A DNA stretch of 64,000 nucleotides from positions 1,504,001-1,568,000 of the forward strand of contig CAVXGK010000001.1 of assembly GCA_963761305.1 (NCBI GenBank), read 5' to 3'. Position numbers and translations under genes: made by a program. How positions within the stretch are numbered: position 1 is the stretch's first letter; every line of letters begins with the position of its first letter. Shown here one piece after another: positions 21,127 through 29,383 of the stretch. The notes under the pieces were generated by a model, which did not search any database, was not told the origin of the DNA, and saw nothing but the letters and a program-made list of their open reading frames with translations. The DNA comes from an uncultured Gemmatimonadaceae bacterium. GTDB lineage: Bacteria > Gemmatimonadota > Gemmatimonadetes > Gemmatimonadales > Gemmatimonadaceae.

Positions 21127-21734
21127 CGGCCACGCTCGACTGGGTTCTGTTCGACGTCGGCGGGGTGCTCGGCACGAACGCGTGGGATCGCGAGCAGCGC
21201 GCCGAGGCCATCGCGAAGTTCGGTCTCGAGCAGGAGGACTTTCAGTACCGGCACGAAGAGATGGTCGGCGCGTTGGAGGCCGGCCAGGTCACGCTCGACG
21301 AGTATCTCGCCGTAACGGTGTTCTGCGAGCCGAGATCATTTTCGCCGGAGGACTTCAAGAAGTTCATGTTCGCGCAGAGTGTCGCGTGGCCGGACTCGAT
21401 CGCCATCGCGCGCGAGTTGGCGAAGTCGGGCGCCGTGCGATTGGCGACGCTCAACAACGAGAGCGAAGCGCTCAACGAGCATCGGATCGAGCTTTTTGGG
21501 CTGCGCGACATCTTTCCGACGTTCTTCACGTCGTGCTGGCTCGGCGCGCGCAAGCCCGTGCGCCACACGTACACGCGCGTGCTCGGCATGACGCAGGCGG
21601 AACCGGCGCGAACGCTGTTCATCGACGACCGGCTGCAGAATTTGGCGCCCGCCGCGTCCCTCGGCATTCAGACGCTACAATTCACGACTGCTCAACGACT
21701 GCGTGATGATTTGAAGCGGATGCAGGTGCTGTAG
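21123..21734 (+). CDS. HAD family hydrolase/phosphatase
   Basis: FDVGGVL, LNN, RKP and FIDDR motifs. ATGA overlap with the cyclase gene. Confidence 0.92.
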   Translation: MTATLDWVLFDVGGVLGTNAWDREQRAEAIAKFGLEQEDFQYRHEEMVGALEAGQVTLDEYLAVTVFCEPRSFSPEDFKKFMFAQSVAWPDSIAIARELAKSGAVRLATLNNESEALNEHRIELFGLRDIFPTFFTSCWLGARKPVRHTYTRVLGMTQAEPARTLFIDDRLQNLAPAASLGIQTLQFTTAQRLRDDLKRMQVL

Positions 21735-21744
21735 CCTCGAAAGA

Positions 21745-21866
21745 GGGACGAGTGCGGGGGCGGGGTGCGGAGAACTGGGACGAGTGCGGGGGCGGGGTGC
21801 GGAGAACCTGGAACGAGTGCCGGGGGGCGGGGTGCGGGGAGCTGGGACGAGTGCTGGGTGCGGGGA
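21745..21866 (+). repeat. G-rich ~32-bp tandem repeat (~3.7 copies, GGGACGAGTGCGGGGGCGGGGTGCGGAGAACT); left arm of cassette 2
   Basis: Units start at 21745, 21777, 21810 and 21844 and are progressively degenerate. Confidence 0.93.
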
Positions 21867-21876
21867 TTTGATTGCG

Positions 21877-21917
21877 CACGCGCTCGAATGGTGGTGATCC
21901 CGGGAAGTCGAGCGGTG
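21877..21917 (+). promoter_or_regulatory. Leader hairpin with ATGGTGGTG in the loop (cassette 2)
   Basis: CGCTCGA (21881-87) pairs with TCGAGCG (21908-14), extended by CAC/GTG. The motif is at 21888-21896. Confidence 0.45.
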
Positions 21918-21927
21918 ATCTTCGCGC

Positions 21928-22374
21928 ATGACTCAGACTTCAGTTCCGGCGGATCAGCTCGAGTGGGAGCGCGGGTACCCCGCCGCGATCACGAGCGACA
22001 CGATCTGGAAGCTAAATGTGTATCGCGCCGCGCTCTATCTGCTCGACCTCACAAGGGCGGGTGTTCGACTGGGCATGAAGCGCGGACTCGATCGCGAGTT
22101 GGCGGGGCAACTGCTTCGTTCAGTGGCCTCGATCAGCGCCAACATCGCCGAAGGCTACAGCCGGTCAACGCGCGGCGACCGGCTTCGATTCTACGGATAC
22201 TCCCTCAGCTCTTTGCGCGAATGCCCTTCATGGTGTCGCGCCGCGAGCGACTACCTACTGCCCGACACCTGCGACCATCGCCTCACCGTTGTCGCACAAA
22301 TTCGCCCGCCGCTTCTCGGGCTGATCCGCTCGACTCGCACGCGAAATCACCCGCGCAACGAATTCGAGCCGTAG
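21928..22374 (+). CDS. Four helix bundle protein (TIGR02436 / Avd-like), second divergent copy
   Basis: WKLNVYRAA...LAGQLLRSVASISANIAEGYSR...RFYGYSLSSLRE...LLGLIRS. Confidence 0.9.
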   Translation: MTQTSVPADQLEWERGYPAAITSDTIWKLNVYRAALYLLDLTRAGVRLGMKRGLDRELAGQLLRSVASISANIAEGYSRSTRGDRLRFYGYSLSSLRECPSWCRAASDYLLPDTCDHRLTVVAQIRPPLLGLIRSTRTRNHPRNEFEP

Positions 22375-22396
22375 CCAACTCACCGCATACCGTCTC

Positions 22397-22471
22397 GGCA
22401 CTCTCGTTCCAGTTCTCCGCACCCCGCCGCCGCACTCGTTCCAGTTCTCCGCACCCCGCCGCACTCGTTCC
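22397..22471 (-). repeat. Inverted copy (~2.4 units) of the ~32-bp repeat; right arm of cassette 2
   Basis: Its reverse complement reads GGAACGAGTGCGGCGGCGGGGTGCGGAGAACT. It abuts the stop codon at 22471. Confidence 0.93.
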
Positions 22472-23778
22472 TACGCGCCGTGCGGCGCCACGTACTCCTT
22501 CGTAATCCGTTTCACCGAGACCGTCCCCATCTGCCTCATCGTCATCTCGAACTCCTTCCGTAAAATCGCCAGCACCGTCTCCACGCCTTCCTGCCCGAAC
22601 GCAGCCAATCCCCAGATGTACGGCCGTCCGATTCCCGTCGCCGTCGCGCCGAGTGCGAGTCCTTTGAAGATGTCGGTACCGCGACGAATCCCGCCGTCGA
22701 GAAACACCGGCACGCGGCCGCGCACCCCGGCGACCACCTCCGGCAGCGTCAGCACGGTCGCGCGTGTGCTGTTCTCGGCGCGGCCACCGTGGTTCGAGAC
22801 GAAGATCCCGTTGATGCCCTGGTGCATCGCCAGCTCGGCGTCCTCGCGCGTGACGATCCCCTTGATGAACACCTTCATCGGCGTCGAGTCCTGAAGCCGC
22901 TTCACCCAGTCCCACGTCGGCGTTCCCACCTCGGGGCTCAGCGTGTCGGGCTTGAGATCGGCGATCGCCGGCTTGCGCCGGTTGTCGCGCATCTCGTTCA
23001 CGCGCCCGGTGGCGCCGGGCATCGGGGCGCCGCCGAGGTGGCAATTCGTGCATGTGCGCGTGTCGGTCGCGCGCGAGCGAACCATCGTCTCGCGGTTGCT
23101 GCCGCCGATCAGATCGACCGTGAACACGACGACCGGCGCGCCCGCGTGCTCGGCGCGCTTCACCATCTGTTTCGTCTGATTCCAGTCGTCCTGGTGATAG
23201 AGCTGGAACCAGACCGGCGCGCCGCGCGCGGCGATGCAGTCCTCGATGCTCGTCGTGGCCACCGTGGACAACACCTGCAGATGGTTCTTCGCCTTCGCCG
23301 CGCGCGCCACCGCCAGCTCGCCCTCCGGATGAAACGCCCGCTGGCTGCCGACCGGATTGATGACGATCGGCGTCGGCCATTTGACGCCCAGGATCTCCAC
23401 CGACGGATCGATATGGCTCACGTCGACGAGCCGTCGCGCGCGAAGATCCCAGTGCGCGTAGCCCTCGCGGTTCGCGCGAATGGTCGCGTCGTCGTCAGTC
23501 CCGGTCGCGAGATAACCCCAGTGGGCTGGCGGAAGCTTCTTCCTCGCGACGGGCTCGAAGTCGAAGACGTCCAGCGCGTCGGCGGCCGACGCGATGAGGT
23601 CGGGCTCCTGCGTGGCCTGTTGAAGAAGCGCGAGTCCCTTCGCCCGATCGCGCGGCCCTCCGCCGAGCATTCGGGCCAGCGCCCCGAGCTCGATGCCGGC
23701 GACGGCGAGAAGCGGACTGCCGGCGGCGAATCTCAAGAACCGGCGTCGCGAAAGCTGGTCGTCTGAGCGGGGCGGCAT
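22471..23778 (-). CDS. FMN-dependent alpha-hydroxy acid oxidase/dehydrogenase with Tat-like signal and CxxCH insert
   Basis: SRRRFLRF signal; WFQLY, FTVD, IKGI, VSNHGGR and DGGIRRGTD motifs; CTNCH at 23038-23052. Confidence 0.92.
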   Translation of the reverse strand: MPPRSDDQLSRRRFLRFAAGSPLLAVAGIELGALARMLGGGPRDRAKGLALLQQATQEPDLIASAADALDVFDFEPVARKKLPPAHWGYLATGTDDDATIRANREGYAHWDLRARRLVDVSHIDPSVEILGVKWPTPIVINPVGSQRAFHPEGELAVARAAKAKNHLQVLSTVATTSIEDCIAARGAPVWFQLYHQDDWNQTKQMVKRAEHAGAPVVVFTVDLIGGSNRETMVRSRATDTRTCTNCHLGGAPMPGATGRVNEMRDNRRKPAIADLKPDTLSPEVGTPTWDWVKRLQDSTPMKVFIKGIVTREDAELAMHQGINGIFVSNHGGRAENSTRATVLTLPEVVAGVRGRVPVFLDGGIRRGTDIFKGLALGATATGIGRPYIWGLAAFGQEGVETVLAILRKEFEMTMRQMGTVSVKRITKEYVAPHGA

Positions 23779-23957
23779 CGTCGGACCTCTTGGGAAGGGT
23801 GGGCTCGCAAGCAGTCTGAAGCGTAGTGCTCGCGGCGGCAAGATAGCCGCGCTCGCACGAAACCTGTATGGAGTACGCTCTCGACTTTAACGGCCGGTCC
23901 GGGGAGCTTTCGAGTCCGGCGGCTGGGGTTGACTGGCACCCTCACGATAGATCTGAA

Positions 23958-24860
23958 ATGCAACTCGCGATGATTGGGCTGGGCCGCATGGGCGGCAACA
24001 TGGTCGAGCGCCTCATGCGTCACGGCCACAAGCTGGTCGTCTTCGACCGCAGCGCGGAAACGGTCGCGAAGTACAAATCGATGGGTGCGACGCCGGCCGC
24101 CGATCTCGCGGCGGTCGTCGCGGCACTGGCGAAGCCGCGCGTCGTCTGGATCATGGTTCCGGCGGGCGATCCGGTCGACCAGACCATCGCTACGCTCCAG
24201 CCGCTGCTCTCCGCCGGCGACATCATCATCGACGGCGGCAACTCGAACTTCCATGACTCGATGCGCCGCGGCGCCGAGCTCGCGAAGTCGAAGATCGAAT
24301 TCATCGACTCGGGCACGAGCGGCGGCATCTGGGGACTCGAGAATGGCTACTGTCTCATGGTCGGCGGCAGCGACACGGCGGTGAAGACCTGCGAGCCGAT
24401 CTTCACGGCGCTCGCACCGGCCGACGGCTTCGCCCACGTCGGTCCCGTCGGTGCAGGCCACTACGTGAAGATGGTGCACAACGGCGTCGAGTACGGGCTG
24501 CTTCAGGCCTACGCCGAGGGCTACGAGATCCTGCACGGGTCGAAGACGTTTCCGAAGCTCGACCTCGAGCAGATCGCGAACGTGTGGCAGCACGGCAGCG
24601 TGGTGCGGTCGTGGCTCAACGAGCTCGCGGCCACCGCGTTCTCGCGCGACGCCTCTCTCTCGGCGCTCAAGGGGTGGGTCGCCGACTCGGGCGAGGGCCG
24701 CTGGACGGTGCAGGAGGCGATCGACATCGACGTGCCGGCGCCGGTGATCACGCTGTCGTTGCTCACGAGGCTGCGATCGCGGCAAGAGGACTCGTTCGGC
24801 GCGAAGGTCATCGCGGCGCTGCGCAACGAATTCGGCGGACACGCGGTGGAACGCGCATGA
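23958..24860 (+). CDS. gnd: 6-phosphogluconate dehydrogenase (decarboxylating, short type)
   Basis: GLGRMGGNM, IDGGNS, AGHYVKMVHNGVEY, DSGEGRWT and LRNEFGGH. Confidence 0.97.
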   Translation: MQLAMIGLGRMGGNMVERLMRHGHKLVVFDRSAETVAKYKSMGATPAADLAAVVAALAKPRVVWIMVPAGDPVDQTIATLQPLLSAGDIIIDGGNSNFHDSMRRGAELAKSKIEFIDSGTSGGIWGLENGYCLMVGGSDTAVKTCEPIFTALAPADGFAHVGPVGAGHYVKMVHNGVEYGLLQAYAEGYEILHGSKTFPKLDLEQIANVWQHGSVVRSWLNELAATAFSRDASLSALKGWVADSGEGRWTVQEAIDIDVPAPVITLSLLTRLRSRQEDSFGAKVIAALRNEFGGHAVERA

Positions 24861-26482
24861 CGACGACCGCGCACCCGTCGCACACGCCTCATCCGCCGGT
24901 CATTCCGGCGCGTCCTGCCGGGCAAACGTCGCCGCACGACCAGCAGCGTGCGAAGGCCGACCCGTGTACGATGGTCATCCTCGGCGCACTCGGCGATCTG
25001 AGTCGCCGCAAGCTGCTCCCGGCGATCTACCAACTGCTCAACGAGCATCTGGTCGACGACCGGTTCCAGGTCATTGGCGTCGGGCGCGACGCCAGCCAGA
25101 CTGACGACACGTTTCGCGCGCAGATGGGCAAAGCGCTCGCCGAATCGGACGAAGTCGGCAAGTTCGATGAGGCGGTGTGGCAGGACGTCTGCAAGCGTCT
25201 GCACTTCGTCTCGGCCGATTTCACCGACGCGTCGGGATACCAGGCCATCGGCAAACGGCTCACCGAACTGGAGCAGGGGCGTGCACCGGGCGAGTGCAAT
25301 CGGCTGTTCTATCTCGCGGTGCCGCCGAGCGTGTTCGAACCGATCGTACGAAATCTCTCATCGAGTGGATTGGCGCCGCGCTCGCGCACTCCCGAGGACC
25401 GGCCGTGGACGCGCATCGTCGTCGAAAAGCCGTTCGGCCACAGCCTCGAGAGCGCGCTGGCGCTCAACAATCTCGTGCTCGGACTGTTCGCGGAGCATCA
25501 GACGTACCGCATCGATCACTACCTCGGCAAAGAGACGGTGCAGAACGTGTTGGTGCTCCGCTTCGCCAACTCGATCTTTGAACCGATCTGGAACCGCCAG
25601 TGGATCGACCACGTGCAGATCACGGCGGCGGAGACGGTCGGGGTCGAGGACCGCGGGTCGTACTACGAGGAAGCGGGCGTCGTGCGGGACATGTTCCAGA
25701 ACCATCTGCTGCAGCTCCTCTCGCTCACGGCGATGGAACCGCCGGCGCAGATGACGGCCAACGCCGTGCGCGACGAGAAGGTGAAGGTGTTCAAGTCGAT
25801 GCGCATGTTCGACCCCGAGACGATTCCCGACAACGCCGTGCGCGCGCAGTACACCGCCGGGACGATTGGCGAGAAAGCGGTGCCCGGCTACCGGCAGGAG
25901 CCGAACGTCTCGCCGACGTCGACAGTACCGACGTTCGCCGCGGTTCGCCTGTACGTCGACAACTGGCGCTGGAACGGAGTGCCGTTCTATCTGCGATCCG
26001 GTAAACGGATGGCGCGTCGCGTGTCGGAGATCGCCGTGCAGTTTCGCACGCCGCCGCACCTGATGTTCGGCGAGTCGAGCCAGTTGATGCGCTCGAACAC
26101 GCTGGTGATGCGCGTGCAGCCGAACGAAGGCGTGTCGCTCGACTTCGAGGTGAAGGTCCCCGGGGCCGCGGTGGCGCTCACCTCGGCCATCGAGATCGCG
26201 CCGGTCGACATGGAATTCAGCTACGCCGAGGCGTTTGGGGGTGAGGTGACGGCGCCGGCATACGAGACGTTGCTGCTCGACGTGATGATCGGTGAGGCGA
26301 CGCTCTTCACGCGCAGCGACGAAGTCGAGGCGGCGTGGCGAGTGGTGGATCCGCTCATTCAATACTGGGAAGCGCACCCGCCGCGCCGCATGCCGACATA
26401 CGCGGCGGGGAGCTGGGGACCTCGCGAGGCCGACGAGCTCATCGAGCAGGACGGCGCGGCATGGCGAGAGCCGACGGGCTAG
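24857..26482 (+). CDS. zwf: Glucose-6-phosphate 1-dehydrogenase
   Basis: GALGDLSRRKL, EKPFG, YRIDHYLGKETVQN and DMFQNH. ATGA overlap with gnd. Confidence 0.97.
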   Translation: MTTTAHPSHTPHPPVIPARPAGQTSPHDQQRAKADPCTMVILGALGDLSRRKLLPAIYQLLNEHLVDDRFQVIGVGRDASQTDDTFRAQMGKALAESDEVGKFDEAVWQDVCKRLHFVSADFTDASGYQAIGKRLTELEQGRAPGECNRLFYLAVPPSVFEPIVRNLSSSGLAPRSRTPEDRPWTRIVVEKPFGHSLESALALNNLVLGLFAEHQTYRIDHYLGKETVQNVLVLRFANSIFEPIWNRQWIDHVQITAAETVGVEDRGSYYEEAGVVRDMFQNHLLQLLSLTAMEPPAQMTANAVRDEKVKVFKSMRMFDPETIPDNAVRAQYTAGTIGEKAVPGYRQEPNVSPTSTVPTFAAVRLYVDNWRWNGVPFYLRSGKRMARRVSEIAVQFRTPPHLMFGESSQLMRSNTLVMRVQPNEGVSLDFEVKVPGAAVALTSAIEIAPVDMEFSYAEAFGGEVTAPAYETLLLDVMIGEATLFTRSDEVEAAWRVVDPLIQYWEAHPPRRMPTYAAGSWGPREADELIEQDGAAWREPTG

Positions 26483-26498
26483 ACGTTTCGCGAGTCGG

Positions 26499-26776
26499 CA
26501 CAAGCAACCGCCACTGCAACTGCTCAACGCAGAGGCGCGGAGAAACGCAGAGGGTTCCCGGATCGGACTGAGGCCCGCTCGCAACGAGCCGGGAGGAATG
26601 CTTTTGTTAGAGCCGCTCGGGAAGCTTCCCGCCATGCACCTGCCTCCTTCACAGCAGGAGCTTCCCGAGCGGCTTTAACAAACAATCCCGTGGCGACGCC
26701 GATCTCGAGTTCGTGTGCAGTTCTCTGCGTTCTCCGCGCCTCTGCGTTGAGCAGTTGCTGTTGTCGTTGCCGTTGC
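26499..26776. repeat. ORF-less nested inverted-repeat element (REP/MITE-like) between convergent zwf and the RNase gene
   Basis: Outer arms 26516-26552 and 26723-26758 match apart from a 1-nt indel. Inner arms 26603-26626 and 26659-26682 match at 23/24. Confidence 0.9.
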
Positions 26777-26795
26777 GGAGCAGCGACCGGGAACC

Positions 26796-28313
26796 TCAGC
26801 TCCGTCCCTCGAAATCGATGAAGCCCTTGTACGGATCCGCGCCGACGAGTTTCACCTTCACCTTGTCGCCGACGTCGAACTTCTCGCCGTTCCGAATGAC
26901 CATCCCTTCCGCCGGCGGGTGCAGCGTTCGCACGAACGTTCCTTTCGGGTTCACTCCCGTGACGATCGCGTCGAACGTCTGGCCGATCTTGTCGTGCAGC
27001 AACAGCGCGGCGACGGTCTTGCGGACGGTTCGCTCGACCTTGTTCTCGGCGTCCTCGCGCTCGGTGCAGCGCGCGGCGATGTCGGTCAGCTCGTCATTCG
27101 AGTAGGGCGCCGGCTGGTTGGCGAGCACCGCTTTCACCAGACGTTGCGTGACCACGTCGGCGTAACGCCGGTTGGGCGCGGTGGCGTGCGTGTAGTCGTG
27201 GATCGCCAGGCCAAAATGCCCGCCGGGATCCTTGCCAGGAAGGTCGAGCGCGTAGATGCCGGGCCCCATCAGTTTTACGATCGTCAATGAGAGATCCGGA
27301 AAGCGATCCGGATCGGCCGTCTGTCGCGCGGCCAGGAACTTCGCCAGCGAGAGCGAGTCGGGATCGTTCGGCAGCGTGGTGCCGTACTGCTTGGCCAGCT
27401 CCACGATGCGCGCCCACCGCTCCGGCTCCCGCACCACGCGACGAATGCCGGACCGGCCGTGCGCCTCGAGATACTTCGCGATCGCCACGTTGCTCGCGAT
27501 CATGAAATCTTCGATCAGGTTTCGCGCTTCGTTCTTGTGCACGACCGTGAGGTCGACGACGCGGCCGTTCTGCGTGACCGGCGTCGCCTCGATCGTCTCG
27601 AGCTCGAGCGCGCCGGAGCGCAGACGCTCGGCTTTCAAGCGCTTCGAGGCTTCGTTCTGCAGCTTCAGCTGGTCGATGAGCGTCTTGTTGTTGGCCACCT
27701 TGGGCGGCGCGTCGCCGCCGTCGAGCCATGCACCGACCGGCTCGTACGCCAGCTGCGCCTGGTTGCGCACCATCGCGCGGTAGACCTCGTACGACACGAC
27801 GTCGCCCTGCTCGTTCACCACCGTCTCGATCGCGATGGCGAGCCGGTCTTCGTTCTCGTTGAGCGACGTGAGGCCCGTCGACAGCTTGACCGGCAGCATC
27901 GGGAAGACGTCGACGCCCGTGTAGACGGACGTGCAGTTCGCGAACGCGTGCTCGTCGAGCGGCGAGCCCTTCGTCACCAGCGCGTCCACGTCCGCGATGG
28001 CGACCACCAGACGAATGTTGCCGTTGTCCATCGACTCGGCGATCTCGATCTGGTCGAGATCCTTCGACTCGGTGTTGTCGATCGACGACCACGGACGGTC
28101 GCGCATGTCGCGCACGCCGGCGGGCGCGGACGCGGGCTTGGTCAGCCCGTCGAGCTGCTGCTTGGCCGGTCCTTCGTATTCAGGCTCGAAGCCGTTCGCC
28201 ACGAGGATGCGGCGCGCCGCGGCGTGGAGGTCGAAGCCATGGCTCCCGGTGGGTTGGCTGCCGTGGTCGCTTTGCGAAGGTCCCGGAGGTTGTCCGATCT
28301 GGCCGCTGGTCAT
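26796..28313 (-). CDS. RNB domain ribonuclease (RNase II/R family)
   Basis: SIDNTESKDLDQ, IEDFMIASN, GHFGLA..YTHATAPNRRYAD, and a C-terminal S1-like domain. Confidence 0.93.
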   Translation of the reverse strand: MTSGQIGQPPGPSQSDHGSQPTGSHGFDLHAAARRILVANGFEPEYEGPAKQQLDGLTKPASAPAGVRDMRDRPWSSIDNTESKDLDQIEIAESMDNGNIRLVVAIADVDALVTKGSPLDEHAFANCTSVYTGVDVFPMLPVKLSTGLTSLNENEDRLAIAIETVVNEQGDVVSYEVYRAMVRNQAQLAYEPVGAWLDGGDAPPKVANNKTLIDQLKLQNEASKRLKAERLRSGALELETIEATPVTQNGRVVDLTVVHKNEARNLIEDFMIASNVAIAKYLEAHGRSGIRRVVREPERWARIVELAKQYGTTLPNDPDSLSLAKFLAARQTADPDRFPDLSLTIVKLMGPGIYALDLPGKDPGGHFGLAIHDYTHATAPNRRYADVVTQRLVKAVLANQPAPYSNDELTDIAARCTEREDAENKVERTVRKTVAALLLHDKIGQTFDAIVTGVNPKGTFVRTLHPPAEGMVIRNGEKFDVGDKVKVKLVGADPYKGFIDFEGRS

Positions 28314-28427
28314 GAGAAGTTTGCGAGTTGAATGACTGGGAACCGAAATGTGGCGAGGCAGGCCCTACAACGTGAGGCGCCCAGGAAACCCTTGTACGGA
28401 CAGAGGCGTATCAGGTTGATTGGAAGC

Positions 28428-28622
28428 ATGCGCGAACCGAAATCGTCCGTCGCCGTCGAACGTTCGGCCGCCGAGGCGATGTTGCCAAGCGAGGCGCCGC
28501 GCCTCGACAGCGCTGCTCTGGGGTCGTGCGACTACTGCGGTTCTGCCCAGTTGGAATGGCGCAAGTGCAAGTTGATTTGCGCCGACTGCAGGCAGATCAA
28601 CAAGAGTTGCGCGGATCTGTGA
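28428..28622 (+). CDS. Small Cys-rich putative zinc-finger protein (64 aa)
   Basis: CDYC-x8-CKLICADC-x6-CADL, six Cys; lies directly upstream of the Clp-N genes. Confidence 0.7.
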   Translation: MREPKSSVAVERSAAEAMLPSEAPRLDSAALGSCDYCGSAQLEWRKCKLICADCRQINKSCADL

Positions 28623-28665
28623 CCGACAGGAGGTTCTCGTGCTCAGAGCCTTTCTCAGACGTCCG

Positions 28666-29376
28666 ATGAATGGGTACAACTTCACCGAACGCGTTCGGAA
28701 GTCGCTCGCCTTGGCCCGCGAGGAGGCGGCACGGCTCAAGCACGAATACATCGGAACGGAGCACATCCTGCTCGGCCTGATGCGCGACGACGACAGCGTC
28801 GCGCTGACGGTCGTCCAGAACCTCGGCGTGAAGCCGGACGACCTGATGGTGAAGATCGATGAGACCGTGAAGCGCGGTCTCTCGGGCCCCGTCAGGGGCC
28901 CCGACCTGCCGTTTACGTCGCGGGCGAAGAAGGTCCTCGAGCTGTCGATGAGCGAGGCGCGCAGCGCCGGCCACGACTACGTGGGCACGGAGCACGTCCT
29001 GCTCGGGCTGCTGCATGAAGGGAAAGGAATAGCGGCGCAGGTACTGGTGGGCTCGGGAATCACGCTCGACCGGGCGCGCGAGGAGGTCATCCGGATTCTC
29101 GGCAGAGGACCGCTTGGTCGGCGGCCGGGTTCTGCGATCGGAGATCACGACGGTGGCATCGCGGAGATGGCGGTTTGGAACGAGCGCGATTCGGCCGCCG
29201 GCGAGTCAATCGTGAGCTCGAGCGCGATGGCCGCATCGATCATCGAGATGCTGGCCCGAGATTCCGGCGTCGACGCTGTCTTCGCCGACCAAGGGATCGA
29301 CGTCGCGGCGCTGGTCGCCGCGCTTCGCGCGTTCATACCACCCGTTTCTGCCCCCGACTCGACGCCCGCTTCCTGA
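28666..29376 (+). CDS. Stand-alone Clp protease N-terminal domain protein 1
   Basis: MNGYNFTERVRK...YIGTEHILLGL and FTSRAKKVLE...YVGTEHVLLGL; no AAA+ domain. Alternative GTG start at 28639 has AGGAGG. Confidence 0.9.
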   Translation: MNGYNFTERVRKSLALAREEAARLKHEYIGTEHILLGLMRDDDSVALTVVQNLGVKPDDLMVKIDETVKRGLSGPVRGPDLPFTSRAKKVLELSMSEARSAGHDYVGTEHVLLGLLHEGKGIAAQVLVGSGITLDRAREEVIRILGRGPLGRRPGSAIGDHDGGIAEMAVWNERDSAAGESIVSSSAMAASIIEMLARDSGVDAVFADQGIDVAALVAALRAFIPPVSAPDSTPAS

Positions 29377-29383
29377 CCAATCG

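Noticed and set aside
21745..21866. CRISPR-like ~32-bp repeats
   Set aside because: The units are head-to-tail without unique spacers.
6581..22374. Diversity-generating retroelement suggested by the Avd-like genes
   Set aside because: I saw no reverse transcriptase and no TR/VR pair with adenine-specific mismatches in the window.
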